Shown here one piece after another: positions 28,691 to 43,062 of a DNA stretch of 64,000 nucleotides (position 1 is its first letter; the number at the start of each line of letters is the position of its first letter). Where the stretch lies: the NCBI RefSeq assembly GCF_009914755.1, contig NC_060929.1, one strand, 5' to 3'. This DNA is from the human T2T-CHM13v2.0 reference genome, Homo sapiens. Below the pieces are notes generated by a model. It made no database searches. It was not told where the DNA came from and saw only the letters and a list, made by a program, of their open reading frames with translations. The position numbers and the translations under genes are program-made.

Positions 28691-31600
28691 GTAAGAGAGA
28701 TCTTATTTGCTAATATCATGTCCACATAGAGGTTGGATTTGTGTATACAAGGAGCTAGAGATTATCTTCTTTTAGTTACATTCCAGAGTGCTGCTGTTGA
28801 TTTCCCAGTGATAAGTTTCTGTGGGCAGTGATCATTTTACTCAAATACAATGAAAACCTGAGCCTATCTAATCCATCTAAGAATTCTCTTTAGAACTATT
28901 AAAGCTTCCTAGGTTCTCCTTTCCTCTAGTCCAGAAAGTAGTAGAACAAGGAAAGCCTTTTAGATTATATTTTTGGTGTTTCACTTCTGCTGTTCTGAGG
29001 CCAAACTAGTGCCTGGGAAATGCACGGAGGGTGGGGAGAAACAAAAGAGAGAAAACAAATCCAACTGCTTGTTGCTTTTGAGATCTCTCAGAAATTTCCA
29101 AATGTCAGGTTTTGTTTGAATTTTACCCAAATCCATCTTCCCACCCCTAGTCATAAAGTGCTATTATGGCAATACTCATTCATAATCTGTTCCAAGCTAT
29201 CAAGATACTTGACGCGGGAGATAGTGCAGGAGGGAAGCATCTATGTGGGTGGACTGATTGATAGCAAAGGCTGGGCTGTGAAGTGCTTCAGCTGTGTATA
29301 GGAGCTCTGCAGATGTGTCTCATTTTGCAAAATGAATGAAATACAGAGAAGATACACAGCAGGGGCTGCAATTAAAAAACCAAACAGACCCAGTTACGCC
29401 TCACAGGAGATTAATGCTTTTCATGTTTGGATAATGGGAATCGCTCTGTCCAGCGCTGAAAGCACACCCCGAGGACTTTATCTGACCTGGCTATGAACCT
29501 TGTTGTGGGATAATGTGTAAGGGCACATCTGGAAAGAAGGACATGGTCCTTGTGAGTCCAGCAGAATTATTTGCACTGTCACCCCTGGAGTCAGTGTAAA
29601 AAAGTGGACACGGAAAGCTGTGGCTTGGGCCATTGGCATACTTAGAAAATCAAAGCTACATTCCTTGAAGTCTTACCTAGAGCAAGCATTAGAGTCTAAA
29701 TGCTGGCAGCAGTGTCCCACATCTCCCTGCTCTGAAGAGGAATAACGTGTGGGAGGGTCTTGCAGGACTGCTTCCTTACTCAGGAGTGAGGAGTGGCTTG
29801 TGATACGCATTTGGAACAACTTTCCGAAATTTTCCTTCTAAGAGCTACCACTTCCTGGGTTCACTGCATCTTTAAACCACCCATGGCGCATGTGTAAACA
29901 TTCAACAATGAGGGTGGGAAGAAGCAGGACATTTTTTCACTGTACACCCTTGATTTCTTCACTGTAGGCTTTTTATTGCCATTGTGCTTGTAAGTGACAC
30001 ATTCCAGAAAAGGGTTTGGAACTCTTTTTAAGTCCCTCCACTACCCCTGGTCTAGTCATCAATCAGAATCCACAGGTCTGGAAATGGCGAAGTAGGGGTG
30101 GGGAAGCAAATTGTTCTCAAACATGCCTTGTTTGTAGAGAAAAGAGCTCTATCTCTGGGTCAGCAAATCCCCCTTGAATTCCTAAGACCTAGCAACCTCT
30201 TCCCTTCCCCACCTTGCAGAAGTCTGACCTGCCTTTCAGCGGAGTATCATCACTTACTCAGGAAACGGTGTCACACTGGGAGGAGGCAGTTCCCTTATCA
30301 GCTTGGAATATTTTTGTTGTGGTTTACATCTTTCTCAATGTGACTGTGTTGCAAAGGACAGGTAGCGATGAATGGATCCACAGCTACCAAGTTTTTGAAC
30401 TATAGAGGATTCTCAGGGCCCTTCTGGCACAGGGAATTGAGGTGAGAGCTGGTTGTACATAAGAGACAGCCATTAAGATACTGGGTCTCTCTGGAATTCT
30501 TTTGCAGGGACTTATAACATCAGACTATCGTCTGTGCCCACCCTCCAAGCTGCTCTGGACCAAGTCCTGTGGTGAGGCTGAAACTCAAGGGCTCCTGTGT
30601 TCAGGCAGGACCTGGGCTAGAAAGATGCTCTGCAAGAGAGCAGAGCTGGCACCCCCACTTCCCAATTCCTTTATGTCCTAACTATCCTTTCTTGAAGTGA
30701 CTCCTCTCATTCCTTTTGCCTTCCTCAGTGGGGATATGAACAAACCTATTTCTGGATGTCAATATGGCTGCTGTTCTGCAACGTGCCTCTGCTCCCAAAA
30801 ATATTACCTATCTTTTTTGCAACCATGAAAGCAACCATGCATCCCACAGTTAAGAGAACTGAGGGTTGTCTGGATGCCACAGTCTGTTTAGAGAGTCAGA
30901 GGAATGGACTTACATCCTCGGTCAAATCCTCCTGAGTTCCTTGCCCTCTCTGCCACAGTTCAGCCAATCTAGTCAAAAGCTACTTGCTACCCACCTTCCT
31001 CCAGGATAGTGTGAAAATTATCTTTGCAACATACTTTTACTGCCTTAGAAAACATCTGCTATGTAAATGCAAAGCATCATCATTAAGATTCATTTAGACA
31101 TGCTGTATGACTTTGGGCAAGCCACTTATGTTTGCTGGGTCTCAATTTAAAATTCTGTAAAATGGGAAGATGTCATGTATAAAAACAGACAGCTACTGTG
31201 AGGTTTAACTAATTAGTATCTCCAAAACACTTTGAGAGCCTTAGATGAAAGACATTTGGAAGATCATTATCACAGTGAACATTATTATTGACTGTTTATT
31301 GTGCCCTGCCACACATGAGGCATGCTACAAAATGTAGAAGGAGTTACAGCCCTTGCAGGAGAGTGTAATAGGTATTATTATTGAACTTGATTCTATGATG
31401 AGCTCAGGCCAGGATAATACTAAGTATAAAGTACTCCACTCAGAGAGCATAAATAACCTGTTGTCACAGGGCACCATTTTGTAAAACACCTCTTTCAAAG
31501 GACTTGCCGATAACCTGGCACCCTGAAAAAGTTCGTTTAACTTTCTGTCCATGAGCTTTTGAAGCCCAAAGTCTGTTCTGCTCACCTAGACTCATCTAAA

Positions 31601-32019
31601 AAACAAGCTCATCAAGCTCTTTTTGTTGGCTCAAAGAGGCCTGATGCTTCCTGTGCCAACCAGTGTTCTAGGGTGGAACCAATAGTCACACCTCATGGTG
31701 CCAGCCCATAGAGAGAAAAAAATTGCCTATTGTGCCTACATGTCTAAAACCCTCCCTAGATGATTGTGTAAAAAGAAAACTTGAGAAACAGCTGTAGGTT
31801 TCTGCAGTGTGCATTTATTTCAAACCAACAGGCAAGATCACCAGACTCCTCCAGGAAGAGGTCCTGGTGGTGCAAATTCCACTGGTTCTTCTTATTCCTT
31901 CCCTAATACAGTTAAAGCAAAGGAACTTGGCAAGCCTTCAAAAGGATTGTAGGTTCCTGAATAGCTGATCTCTCTTCTTCCTCATTCTGCTACACTTTAG
32001 TAATATTTCTGATTTAGGA

Positions 32020-32285
32020 TAGGTGGTAAAGCAGAGAAGTTATGAATCTGTGGACTTGGGTTTGAGAAATACCCAAATTCAAATCCTGACTCTGCCCCTC
32101 AACAGTTCTGCACTTTGGGTGAGTCACTTAAACCTCAGGTCCTCCAATTCCCCATCTGTAAATTGGAGATAATGGTAGTACCTACCTCAGAGGGTTGTTG
32201 TGAGAAATAAGTGAGATGATTCATGTCACTTAGCTCTTAGCACAGAGACTGGCTCATATTAAGTGCTCAGTAAATGTTAGCTGTG
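32020..32285 (+). mobile_element. MIR (clearest of many in the window)
   Basis: TTCAAATCCTGACTCTGCC...CCCATCTGTAAATTGGAGATAATGGTAGTACCTACCTCAGAGGGTTGTTGTGAG core. Confidence 0.8.
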
Positions 32286-34464
32286 GTTGTTGTTGAAGTG
32301 ACTCAATACTTTCTACTCTAAATTACACACACCCTTTCAGCCCCTTATTAAGCAAGTGCCATCCAGAGACGGTCCTTGGTACCCTGATTTTTGCATTGTT
32401 TTGTTTGCCTCCACATGATCCGTGGCCATGATTCAGATGTGTGATTCTTCCCAGCATGTGCTGGCTTCGCAGCTCACTTCCAGAACCCTTAAGGCACTAT
32501 GATCCATTCTAGGAGAAAACTCCCTAACTAACTTCACTTTCCCCAAACAGCACCTTCAAAGGAAAACCATACACAGGGCAAGAACCTGGTCTACTTCCTC
32601 CGCATCATCAATTCTTTATTAACATTTTTATCTTTCGTTTTTTCCTGCTTCTCACTCTATTCCCCAACACAAATATTGCCATGGGTTCTGTAGGGATGGA
32701 CTTTCTCCCTACCTTGCTAGCATCATGCCAGTCACACACGTTTCTGTCTTACTTGCCCCTTATCAGCAAGAACACACCTGCCACCTCCAGCACACAGACC
32801 AGGTGGCTTTGTCCTAGAAACTTTTCAGCTGGTGTTGCAAGCAACTGATGGGGAAAAAAAATGAGGTCAGAAAACATATCAGGGAATGAGGCTGGGTAGA
32901 AACCAGAAGGTGGACTAGCCCCTTTCCTGAGTCTCAGAGGTTGTGTCCTGTAATAGAGCTGTGATACAGACAGTGGGGTTTTTGCTAAATTTGCAAGGGG
33001 ATTAAAATCATCCCAGGCCCCTGAAAACAGCAGATAGGTGCCATCTGGGACAGCAAGGACCATATGTAGTAGGTGGAGGAAGACATAAAGGTAGGGGCTA
33101 AGGTTGAGAAGTCAAGAGACCCAGATGGTTCTCCAGCTTCACACACATTTACAAACATTTTTAATAACCACATGGCCCCACACTGGCACTGCCTTCAATC
33201 TCTCTCAGTGTACCTCTTTTCTAGTTAGTCTCCTCTCTTTTATTGCTTACTGTAGCATTTAAGGATTTATGGTGAAGTGGGCTGTATTTGTGCCAGGATT
33301 CAATTGTTTGTTAGCTGTGTGGCCTTAGGCAAGTCACTTAACCTCTCTGATCCTCAGTTTCTAGACTTATATAATAGGAATAATAAAGGCATACTTATAT
33401 CATACAGCTATTGTGAGATTAAAATGATTAAAATGAGATTAAAATGATATACATATATATAATATATATAAAGAGCTTAGCACAAGTGCCTGGCATATAA
33501 CAGAAGCTAATAAATGTTAGCAACAGTAAATAACAAAAGAGTAACAATGGAAGAGAAAGTCAGCTGGCACTAGAGTTCTTTGCACACACACAGAAACATG
33601 CAGGGATCTCCATTAAAAAAAAAAAAGGAACCAAAGAGTACTGCAAAAGGAAAGGGAGTTCTCAAAAAGACAAAACTGTAGTGATGAGAAATAGGTCAGT
33701 GGTAGCCAGGGGTTATGGACTGGGGGAGGATGGGACCAAAAAGGGGCAGAATGAGGTGATAGAACTGTTACATATCCTGATTGTGGTAGTAATTAAATGA
33801 AACTATGTATGTGTTAAAATTTATACAAATAAATGCCAAGAGACAAAAGTCGATTTTACCGTATGACAATATTTTAAGAAAGGAAAGTAAGTTCTTGCAC
33901 ATTTCTTTTAGCCTCTGCCTGATATTCACCTGACCCACTCTGATTTCCTTTCATTTCTATGTGTATTGGATCAATGCTATTTCTGAGAAAAACTTCACTA
34001 TCACTTAAGTGATCAGGGTAATCCCTGCAGTGGGTTCCTCCGTGTTGTAGACAGCCATTCCATTACCTACTTCAGTTTTTTGTTTTTGTTTTTGTTTTTG
34101 TTTTTGTTTTATCAGTTAAAGGTGTCTGGCCAAGCAGTGGACAAACCCAATAAACAGCTCACTCCCCACAGGATGGCCTAAGCTCTGAGGCAATGGGTGG
34201 GGCATAAGGTTTTTCTTACTCAACCTCAATTATTTGCCGTGTGCATTAGGGACATGTTACCTAAGGGATTAGCCAATATATATTTTTGTGTTGTTTCATT
34301 TCCCCTTAGGAAAAGTTGCCTGCCCACCTGTCCGTTCATGCTATAAAAAGTCTCAGGAGAGAAGAAATGTGCCTATTCAGCCCTTGACTCTTGAAGAGCA
34401 TTCTCATCTGGCCCATTGCCAGCACTGTTACATCACTTTGGCTTAGCTGGGACCAGCTCAGATA

Positions 34465-34695
34465 TAGGTTGTGCAGCCCTAATTTGAAAATCTGACATCC
34501 AAAATGCTCCAAAATCCAACACTTTTTGAGTGCTGACATGAGGCTTAAAGGAAGTGTTCATCAAAGCATTTTGAATTTCAGATTTTAGATTTTTCAATTT
34601 GGGATGCTCAACTAGTATGTATTCTGCAAATATTCCAAAATCCAAAAAAAATCTGAAATCTGAAACTCTTCTGGTCCCAAGGGATACTCAACCTG
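34465..34695. mobile_element. Tigger4/MER46-like non-autonomous DNA transposon
   Basis: Degenerate terminal inverted repeats TAGGTTGTGCAGCCC ... GGGATACTCAACCTG, internal CCAAAATGCTCCAAAATC, preceded by TA. Confidence 0.75.
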
Positions 34696-34722
34696 GACAA
34701 CTTTACTCAATTTCTTTTCCCT

Positions 34723-34893
34723 TTTTTTTTTTTTTTTTTAAATTATGCTTTAGAGACAGGGTCTCATTCCGTCACAGTGCAGTGCAGTGCAGTGGCCCAA
34801 TTATAGCTTGCTGCAGCCTCGAACTCCTGGGCTCAAGCAATCCTGCCTCAGCTTCCTGAGCAGCTACAACTACAGGCACACACCACACCTGAC
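34723..34893 (-). mobile_element. Alu right monomer / FRAM
   Basis: AGAGACAGGGTCTC...GGGCTCAAGCAATCC, single arm. Confidence 0.8.
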
Positions 34894-37800
34894 TCTCCCT
34901 TCCTTTCTCCTTCTATTTATTCATGCTTGTACTTTAGACCAGCCTTTCACATGGTGAATTCTGTAATGGGTGTGCCACACAGTGCCAGGGTCAAACAAAC
35001 CTGAGATTAAAGTAAAACTAAACATTTTCCCTTTGCTGCAGGACTTTTTGCACGTTTTACCATGCTGATGAATTGTAAATTTCTAAGTGAGAGCTTAATA
35101 AGAAACATTTCCCACATTTCTATGGCACTGACACCCCTTTCTTCTCCCTTTTCTTGTATTAGCCTCTTAGTAATATTAATTGTCCATGGAACAAAATTTG
35201 AGAAACGCTGTCTCAGAGTTCACATGCTCAGTCATAATGCAAAAGATATTTTTAGGAAACTGTTGGAAACTCACTATTGCCACCCTCTGCAGTATTTATT
35301 TAGTTCCTACCAGTTTTCAGCTATAGGCACTATGGTAACCTGCACAGCAAAGCAAAGATTCTCACCTCCTCAGTGCAGAAACCAGTCAAGACTAATTGGT
35401 AAACCAACTAGTCAGTATACCTGTATACAAAGATACATATATAGAGACATACATGTATCAAAATTAGGGATATTGATATTGATTTTAAGGTATTCATTAT
35501 AAGATGTATTGTCTATTTAGTTATAGTTCTTAGAGGGAAAGAGAAACACTACTATGTTACATGCTCACTGTAGGATGCATCCAATTTTAGAAATGTTAAG
35601 ATGTGAAAAAAGAAGTGTCTTACCAAAGAGTACATACTGTCTTATTCCACTTATGTAAAATTGTAGAAAAGACAAAACCATAAACTATAGTGATTTTTTG
35701 CATAATGAAAATGTTTTATGCAATGGTATATAGTTTTACGAAAACATCAAAGTAGACACTTAAACTGGGTACATTTTTGTATGTAAATTATAACCCCATA
35801 AACTTGATTAAGACAAAGAATTCTTAGACTCAAGAAATGATGGTTTATGAAAATATCAGGTGGCAAGGCAATTCAGTTTGAACAAAATGAAGCTTGATTG
35901 ATAAAAAGAAACTTCCTAGAAAAACAAAAAGATGTTTTAAAAGTCAGGAAGTGTATGGTCAAGGGAAGAAAAGGCAGGGTCTGTTCTGGGCATGTGGACC
36001 TAGAAAAGGCAGGATAGGGCAGGGATATCTTGAATGAGAATTGAAGCTGAAAGAGAAGGGAAGGAAACAGATAGAGGAGAGGCAGAGTGACTAGATACTT
36101 GCCTTCCTATCAGGGTGACTAGATACCACCAGGAAGACGCATGTCAAGCATTCTCTGTAATAAAGTCTCTCCAGCAGCCCTCATGCCAGACTTGTTGCCT
36201 GCCATTGTGAGGACTATCAGCTGTATCTACAGCAACTTCTTGGATTCAGTGCAGCCAAACAAGAAGTTATCTCTACTCCAAGCAGGTGACCGAGCTTACT
36301 GGGTAACTGAGGAGCAGTCTCCATGTCCTTGGCAGACAAAGCCAGTCTTTTCCATTGAAATGGTCAGGTTACCTGAAACCCCTAGCACACATGAACACCA
36401 GCAAGAACATCCAAAGCAAGTGATATAACATGAGCAGGGAAAGATAAATCTGTTCACCATGAGCTGCTTCCTGCATCTGGGGCCTGTGCCAGTCCCCAGG
36501 GTCACACTGCCCCAGATCCCCAGCTCAGAAGCCAGAGCATTCAACAAACTGTTCCTAAGTGCCTGCTATGTACCAGGCTCTGTCTTGAAAGCTCACACCA
36601 GGGACACTCATGAGCTCAGACTCCAGGACTCAAATAGTAGCTGAGTTCATCTCAGATCTCTGTCATTTCTTCGATCTTTTTTCCGAGTACAAACAAAACA
36701 GGCAACTCATCTTATCTCTGAATACTGTGCTCAGAGCACCCAGCCCACAGCTTGGCCCATATTAGGAATTTTTTTTAATGGAAGAGTAAATAAATAAACA
36801 CAATCATGCCTGTGGTAGACCTCATGGGATCATGAAATAACTCCTCATTATGCAGAAATGAACCCTTTATGAATTGAGCCATTACAGAGCTATTTGAGAA
36901 ACAAGTGGCACACTATATTAGGCATAAAGTCATGTGGTGACTGAAACATTCTTGCTGTGAATCACCTTATTAAATACCTTTTTGGGTGATGAACATCATT
37001 CTCGGGAAAATACAGTGGGCCAGCTTCAAGATCTCTTAGCTCATGAGTCGCTAACCCTAAGAAGATAGGCAGTGCCACTCTGCATATGACTAAACTCTTA
37101 CATCATACACCACAAATTTCATGTGCTCTTTGATCTTGAGAGAAACACTTCATCTTAACTGACACTTAGTCATAGGGATACCAGTGACAGAAAGGAAGAG
37201 GCTCTGAAAGAATTTGCCACTGAGTTTATGAGTTGAACTGACCTGGCCTCCAATATGAAGGGAAGACAGTGTTTCCAGTAGAAACATGGCCCCTGTACTT
37301 GTGCTGCCAAAGCCCTAATTTTATCAGTTTTTTCAACAATTATATTTTTTATTGTGGTAAAATACACATAACATAAAATCTACCATGTTAGCCTTTGCTA
37401 AGTGTTCAGTTCAGCAGCATTAAGTACATTGATCTTGTTATGCAAGTGTCACCACTATCCATCTTCAGAACTTTTTCATCACCCCATACTGAAACTCTGT
37501 ACCCATTGAACAATAACTTTCCATTCTGTCCTCTCCCATATATATATATATATATTTAAAATAAAATTATATATATTTAAATTATTTCTGAATAATAGGA
37601 ATAGGTATTTAGTATTATTTTTAAAATATGTATTCCAATTTTCTGCTGCTTCTGACCTTAGACATCTGATGATACAAGTAAACAAGACAATGTTTGCTTA
37701 ATGTTTACAAGACAATGCTGTCCATTCATGAGTACTGCCTGTGTGTTTCTGGGCAAGTTACTTAGTGACTCTGATCATTGTTACTATGAAATAGAAATAG

Positions 37801-40800
37801 TAAGGCTCACCTCATATGGTTATTGGGAGGATTTAATGAGATGATGCCTATAAAGTGCTTAGCACAGGGCCTGGCACCAAATAAGCTCCCAGTATGATTA
37901 GCTATCTCCTTGTACTCCTCCAGGTAGGTTTCTCTTTTCACATGCTATCATGCCCACCACAGTTGGACTGCTATTTCCCTGTGCTATAGACCTGGGGATA
38001 ATAAAAATCATGGCATCACTTGGAGGATATATCAAGATAATTCTTATAAAGCTCATAGCACAGGGCCTGACTCATAGTAAGCTCAGTGGCAATCAATGTC
38101 AGGCATTGTTATTATTAATATTTCCCAGGTCTCACTTGTTCAACAGACACATATAAGATGTCTTTGATGGGTAAAGTCCCTTTGCTTGGGCTCCAAAAGT
38201 GAGAGAGACAGGATCCATGTCCTCAATAGCTTGTGGTCTTTTATGTAAACCACATACTACTTAAAATATTACCAAATAGCTTGTGGTCTTTTATGTAAAC
38301 CACATACCACTTAAACTTTATTTTCAAGTTATTTTAAGATTTATTAACTGCATCTTACTTATTATGCATGATGCAGTTAATAAATCTTAAAATAAAGGGT
38401 GTTCACATGTGTTACGAGAGCACAGATGAAGAACTGGTCAACTCTACAAACAGAGTACATGTATGGAGGACTTACTATGTGTCATTCACTGGGCTCTACC
38501 TACAGAATCTCATTTAACTCTACATACAACCCACTGAGAATGGTGCTACTGGTATCTCCACTTTATACAAGAGGTTTGTGTTCTGTAAGTGTAAATATTA
38601 ATAAAACAAAATAGGAAAATATGATTACACATCAAAATTTATCATCCCTCTAGTTGTGGGAATGTTTAGGGAAGATTTTGAGGTTGTACTTTTTAAAACT
38701 AGGCATCAACAGAAACCCATGACACTGAGGATTGCAAACCTCAGAATGCATTGCGGGGCACATAAGTTGTTGGGTGGTGAGTCCTGGCCTCATGGCCCCA
38801 ACACCGCTCGCTTTGGAAAATGTGCCTCTCAGGTGCCACTTGCATGCACAGCATAGAGGGACCAAGAGTAGATGTAAGAGAACGTGGATCATTCACTGTC
38901 ACCCTTTCCTGAAAGCCTATTAGGAAAACATTAGCCTGGAGACAGGAGAAATAAGGCAAATAATCCCAGGGTGTCTGAAGAAGACCACCTAGCTGAGGGC
39001 ATCAGACAAACTGCCAGTGTTAGAGAAGGCAGGAATAAAACTGTCCAGCTACTTGGGAAATTCGCCATGTGGCTGATGGCAACCCACCCTCAGGTACCAG
39101 TGTAGCCTCTGTTCCTCCGGAAGTCAGCCCTCTGTCCCAAACCCAGGTTGGTCTTAGGTTCCTCCGCAGGTTCCCAGTCTCCAGTGCTATCCTCCAGCCT
39201 CCACAGCATGTAACAGACTGTACAGTGCTGTCTGTTCATGTCTCTTTTCTACTAGACTATAAGCTCCATGGGTAAGGAGGTGTCTTGTCCTCCTTTGTAC
39301 CTAACACAGGGCCTGAAATGCAATCAGCATTCATTAAATACTTAATTATTGAATGCATAATGTTTGCCATATTGCAAGAAACTGCGGTTAGATTAGCCAG
39401 CCTCGTGGCTGAGCTCCTGGTATCTTCCCTTGAGGCTAAACGAAAGGAGACATATCAGCCATTTTGTCCTCAGGATCTCTTCCAGCCCCTGCCTTGTTGA
39501 TGAGGGTGTTGCTTGACTTGAGGCCAGGTGTGTTAGGAATGACACGTAGGTGCTTGCAGGGGATTCGGAGGTAATTGGGAGGTGAAAAAAGAAGTCAAAC
39601 CAGAATGCAGCCAGATACCAGGGAGAACACCAACTGACTGGCATGCCAAAGCCTTCTGAGCAGGTCACCCTGGTTTTTGCAGAATTAAGAATGATATCGC
39701 TGTACACATTAAAGTATTTTAATTGGTTGCCAAGGCGATACGGCAGAATCACAGGGCACAGAGCAGGAATAGAACTCTGCAGGTCTGTGTTCAGGAAAGG
39801 TGTTCGTCTGTGATATTAACGAGCTGCCTGGATATGAGAAAGGCAAAGTGGCAGTAAATCTTATCTGGGACTTTTGCTTAATAAACAGGAATGGCAGAGA
39901 AATGGAGGGGCAGAAGAGAAAACTTCCCTTCCCAGCTCTCTGGAGAAGCAGGAGAGGTAATCTTCTGGATTCCAAATTTCTCCTCAGAGTGGTGAATTCC
40001 CACAGCTGAGAGAAAGCCGAGTAGATTGGTTTGATGCATAAGGGAAGGAGGAACAGAGGGAGAGAACAATGGAAGAAGACAGCAGTGTTCTTTTCCTATT
40101 GAGAGGTGATTAAAAAGGATCCAGGATGCAGGAGGCTGCATTTTTAACAGGGGAAAAAGAAACATTTACCATCTCCCTCTTTTACTTCTCTTTGTATTCG
40201 AAAGAAAAATAATTTGCAGTTAAACATATTTCTTTTTATTGTTTTGTTCTTGTTTTCTGCAGCTTTTCAAACACTAAGATTTTTTTCACAACAGAAAGTT
40301 TTGTAGCTGAGATATTCCTGGGATTCCTACCTTCCCATTCCAGTTGCTATCCCAAAGCCTGGAGAATCAAGCCAACACAACCAAGTGGAATGATTGTTCT
40401 CACTGATTGGGCATGCAGGGAGGGACCAGGAAAGAAAGGAGCCAAAGAAAGGTGGATATAGTTGCTAATCATCACCTTCATAACTACTACCATCATGTAG
40501 CTCACACCATGTGCCCAGAACTGAGCCAAAGAAACATGTCTTCTTTAATCCTCTCAACTGTCCTTGGAGGTCTGTGGTATTTTCCCACTTTACAGATGAG
40601 GAAACTCTCAGGAAGTGCAGAGTCAGAACTTGAACCAGGTCTGCCTGAATCCAAGGGCTGGGTTCTAACCAAGGTGACAAAGACCGGTATGTTGTTCCCT
40701 TTTGCAACCTCATGGAGCCCTGCACTAGCTGCCATTGCTGGTTGAATCCTTTGGCACCAACATTACCATTCTAATGTTGTTGATGAGCTTCTGGAGCATG

Positions 40801-43062
40801 ATTTAATCCCTAGCCAATCTAACTCCATGTTAATTATATGCTGTGTCTTCACTGGGTACTTCTTGGTCAGAAATTTAAGAATGTAAGTAATAAAAATCAG
40901 TGTAGGTAAATAGAGAGGGAAACAGGAGAAGGGGAAATTCAGTGAGAGAAAAGAGGGAGCTAGAGAAGAAAAAAGGCAGAAAAGGTACACATGTGATCTG
41001 GACAATAGAAATAAAAACCGGAGAAGAAGGAGGAGAAAAGGGAGGGAAGCCAATCAGAAATCAAATGTGCAAGGGAGGGATATTTGGAAGAGAGATTTTA
41101 TCTCGAATATGACAAGCTCTGGTCCAGAACTGATCTGCTTTTCCTGAAATGTAAACAGATTCAGGACAAAATATATTTCATTCCTAACAGAAACCCATTA
41201 TGTGCACAGGCAAAATAGTTCATTGTAGGTGAGGAAAAATAGAGCCTGAAATTCAGGAAACTCTGCTTCCAATCCTGTCTTAGCTGAAAACCAACCATGT
41301 GACATGAAATGTATCTGAGTACTTAATAAATCTTAGCCTTACTATGGTTATGGAAAAAGTTTCAAATTCTCTGAGTCTCAATATTCCAGCAACCCAAATT
41401 TAAAATTTTCTCTTTTCATATTTTATAGAGTATGCAGAAGATACGGAAACTTTGCATTTATGTTTTTAAGAAAAAATTATAAATTTAAAAGTTTTCAGAA
41501 AGATGGCTAACATTTTTTAATGCTTACCATCTTCAAGAGCCTGTGCTAAATCCTTTACCCGCAAAAGCTTATTTAATCCACAGAGCAACACTTGTTTACA
41601 GATAAGAGGCTCGGGAGTACTTTGGGCAAGCTACCCATGTAGACTGACTCTAAGCACACATTCTTGACTGTCACTTATGCTGGCTCATCTTGCAGCACAG
41701 TAGCTCTGCCTCCCTCATGCAAGGAGTATGCATAGCACATATCTTTTTTGTTTATTAACATGGCATTAGTAAATTTCTCCCAAGTCATGTTACCAGTTTA
41801 CATCTTGGTTCTCTGAAACTACATAGTACCAGCCACATACGTAGGGACTCAGTGAGTCTTCTAATTCCTTTGCATTCTAAAATCTCGCATCTGCAAGACA
41901 TCTTGAAGGTCCTCCAAGCCACCCCTCCTATGCTTCAGTCCTCTCACTGACTTCCCACTGAGAGGCCCACACAACCAGTCCATTTGAATTTCCAGTTTGG
42001 GGAAGTTTTCTGTGTCTGAGGCACATACTATTTCCTCCACCTCTGAACAGCAATATTAGAAAAGTCTCCCTGAAATTAAGCCACATGAAACACATCTGCC
42101 CACTCTTCCATGGGCATCTGCCACTCTTTGAAGGCAACTCAGGAGGGTTGCATCTTATTTTAACACCTTATTTTCAGTCTTATTTTCTCCGGGCTGGACT
42201 ACCTCGCTTAGTTCTCCTATTGAACTGGTTTTAAGTATTCCTAACCTGGGGGACAAGATAGAGCACTAGGTAAGAACAGGGGCTCTGAAGTTATAATAGC
42301 TAGTTTCAAATCTCAGTTCTACCTTTTGATAGCTGTATGACTTTGGATAAGTCAACCTCCCTGAGCCCCAATCTCTTAATCAAGAATGGGAATAATTTGT
42401 AACCTACCACCTACATTGGTTCTGAGATTAACAAATACACTTGAGGACTGGCCCATAAATGCACTTAGCACATGTTAATTATTTTTGCTATTATTTAATA
42501 TTATTATTGCCACTCTCTCTGCATAAGTATCCATCTTATTCCACTGAGGGTCCCTGGTCCAGGGTTCAGTTGCTCTCTTTAAACCACCTGTAAATAAGCA
42601 TAATGGGGTTTTGTTGCCTAAAACATCTCTAAAGTATCCACATGCTGGGGTTTCAGGTCATACCAGGAAGAATTGCCACAATCCTAGAGAATCTTTCTTG
42701 GGATTCCTTCTCATAAAGAGCCTCTAACCATAACAAACCTTGCTAAAACAATATCTTAATAGTAGTGCTACTTTTAACAGCACTATAGAAAAAAAAACAA
42801 CTTTTGTTCCTCTAAGTTCTGCCGGGCACATCTCACATTCTGTGGGGGATATGGTAAGCTACTGGTGTAACACAACTCAGTGAAAGGAAGAAATTCTACA
42901 TTTCAATAATAATAACCACTAATATTCACTGACTACACAAATGTATATTGAGTGCTCACTATGTGTCAGACACTAAACTAAGCTCTAGGATATAACCATG
43001 AACAAGACAGACGTGTAATGTATACTCTAATGGGATAGATAAAAGGAACAAAAATGTTTATA

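Noticed and set aside
28252-28725. 157-aa antisense ORF and 87-aa alternative-frame ORF over the exon
   Set aside because: Expected shadows of GC-rich coding sequence, with no recognisable motifs.
28691-28729. ORF track extension [12 protein letters not shown] of SH3RF2
   Set aside because: Read-through past the GTAAGA donor into the intron.
38225-38315. Repeat-spacer-repeat resembling CRISPR
   Set aside because: Only two units with a 9-nt spacer, eukaryotic context and no cas genes.
38645-38861. Possible MITE bounded by TCCCTCTA / TAGAGGGA
   Set aside because: Only 8 bp of perfect inverted match and no TSD.
40229-40262. Strong acceptor-like tract TTTTCTGCAG in intron 2
   Set aside because: No convincing paired donor and no SH3-like reading frame downstream.
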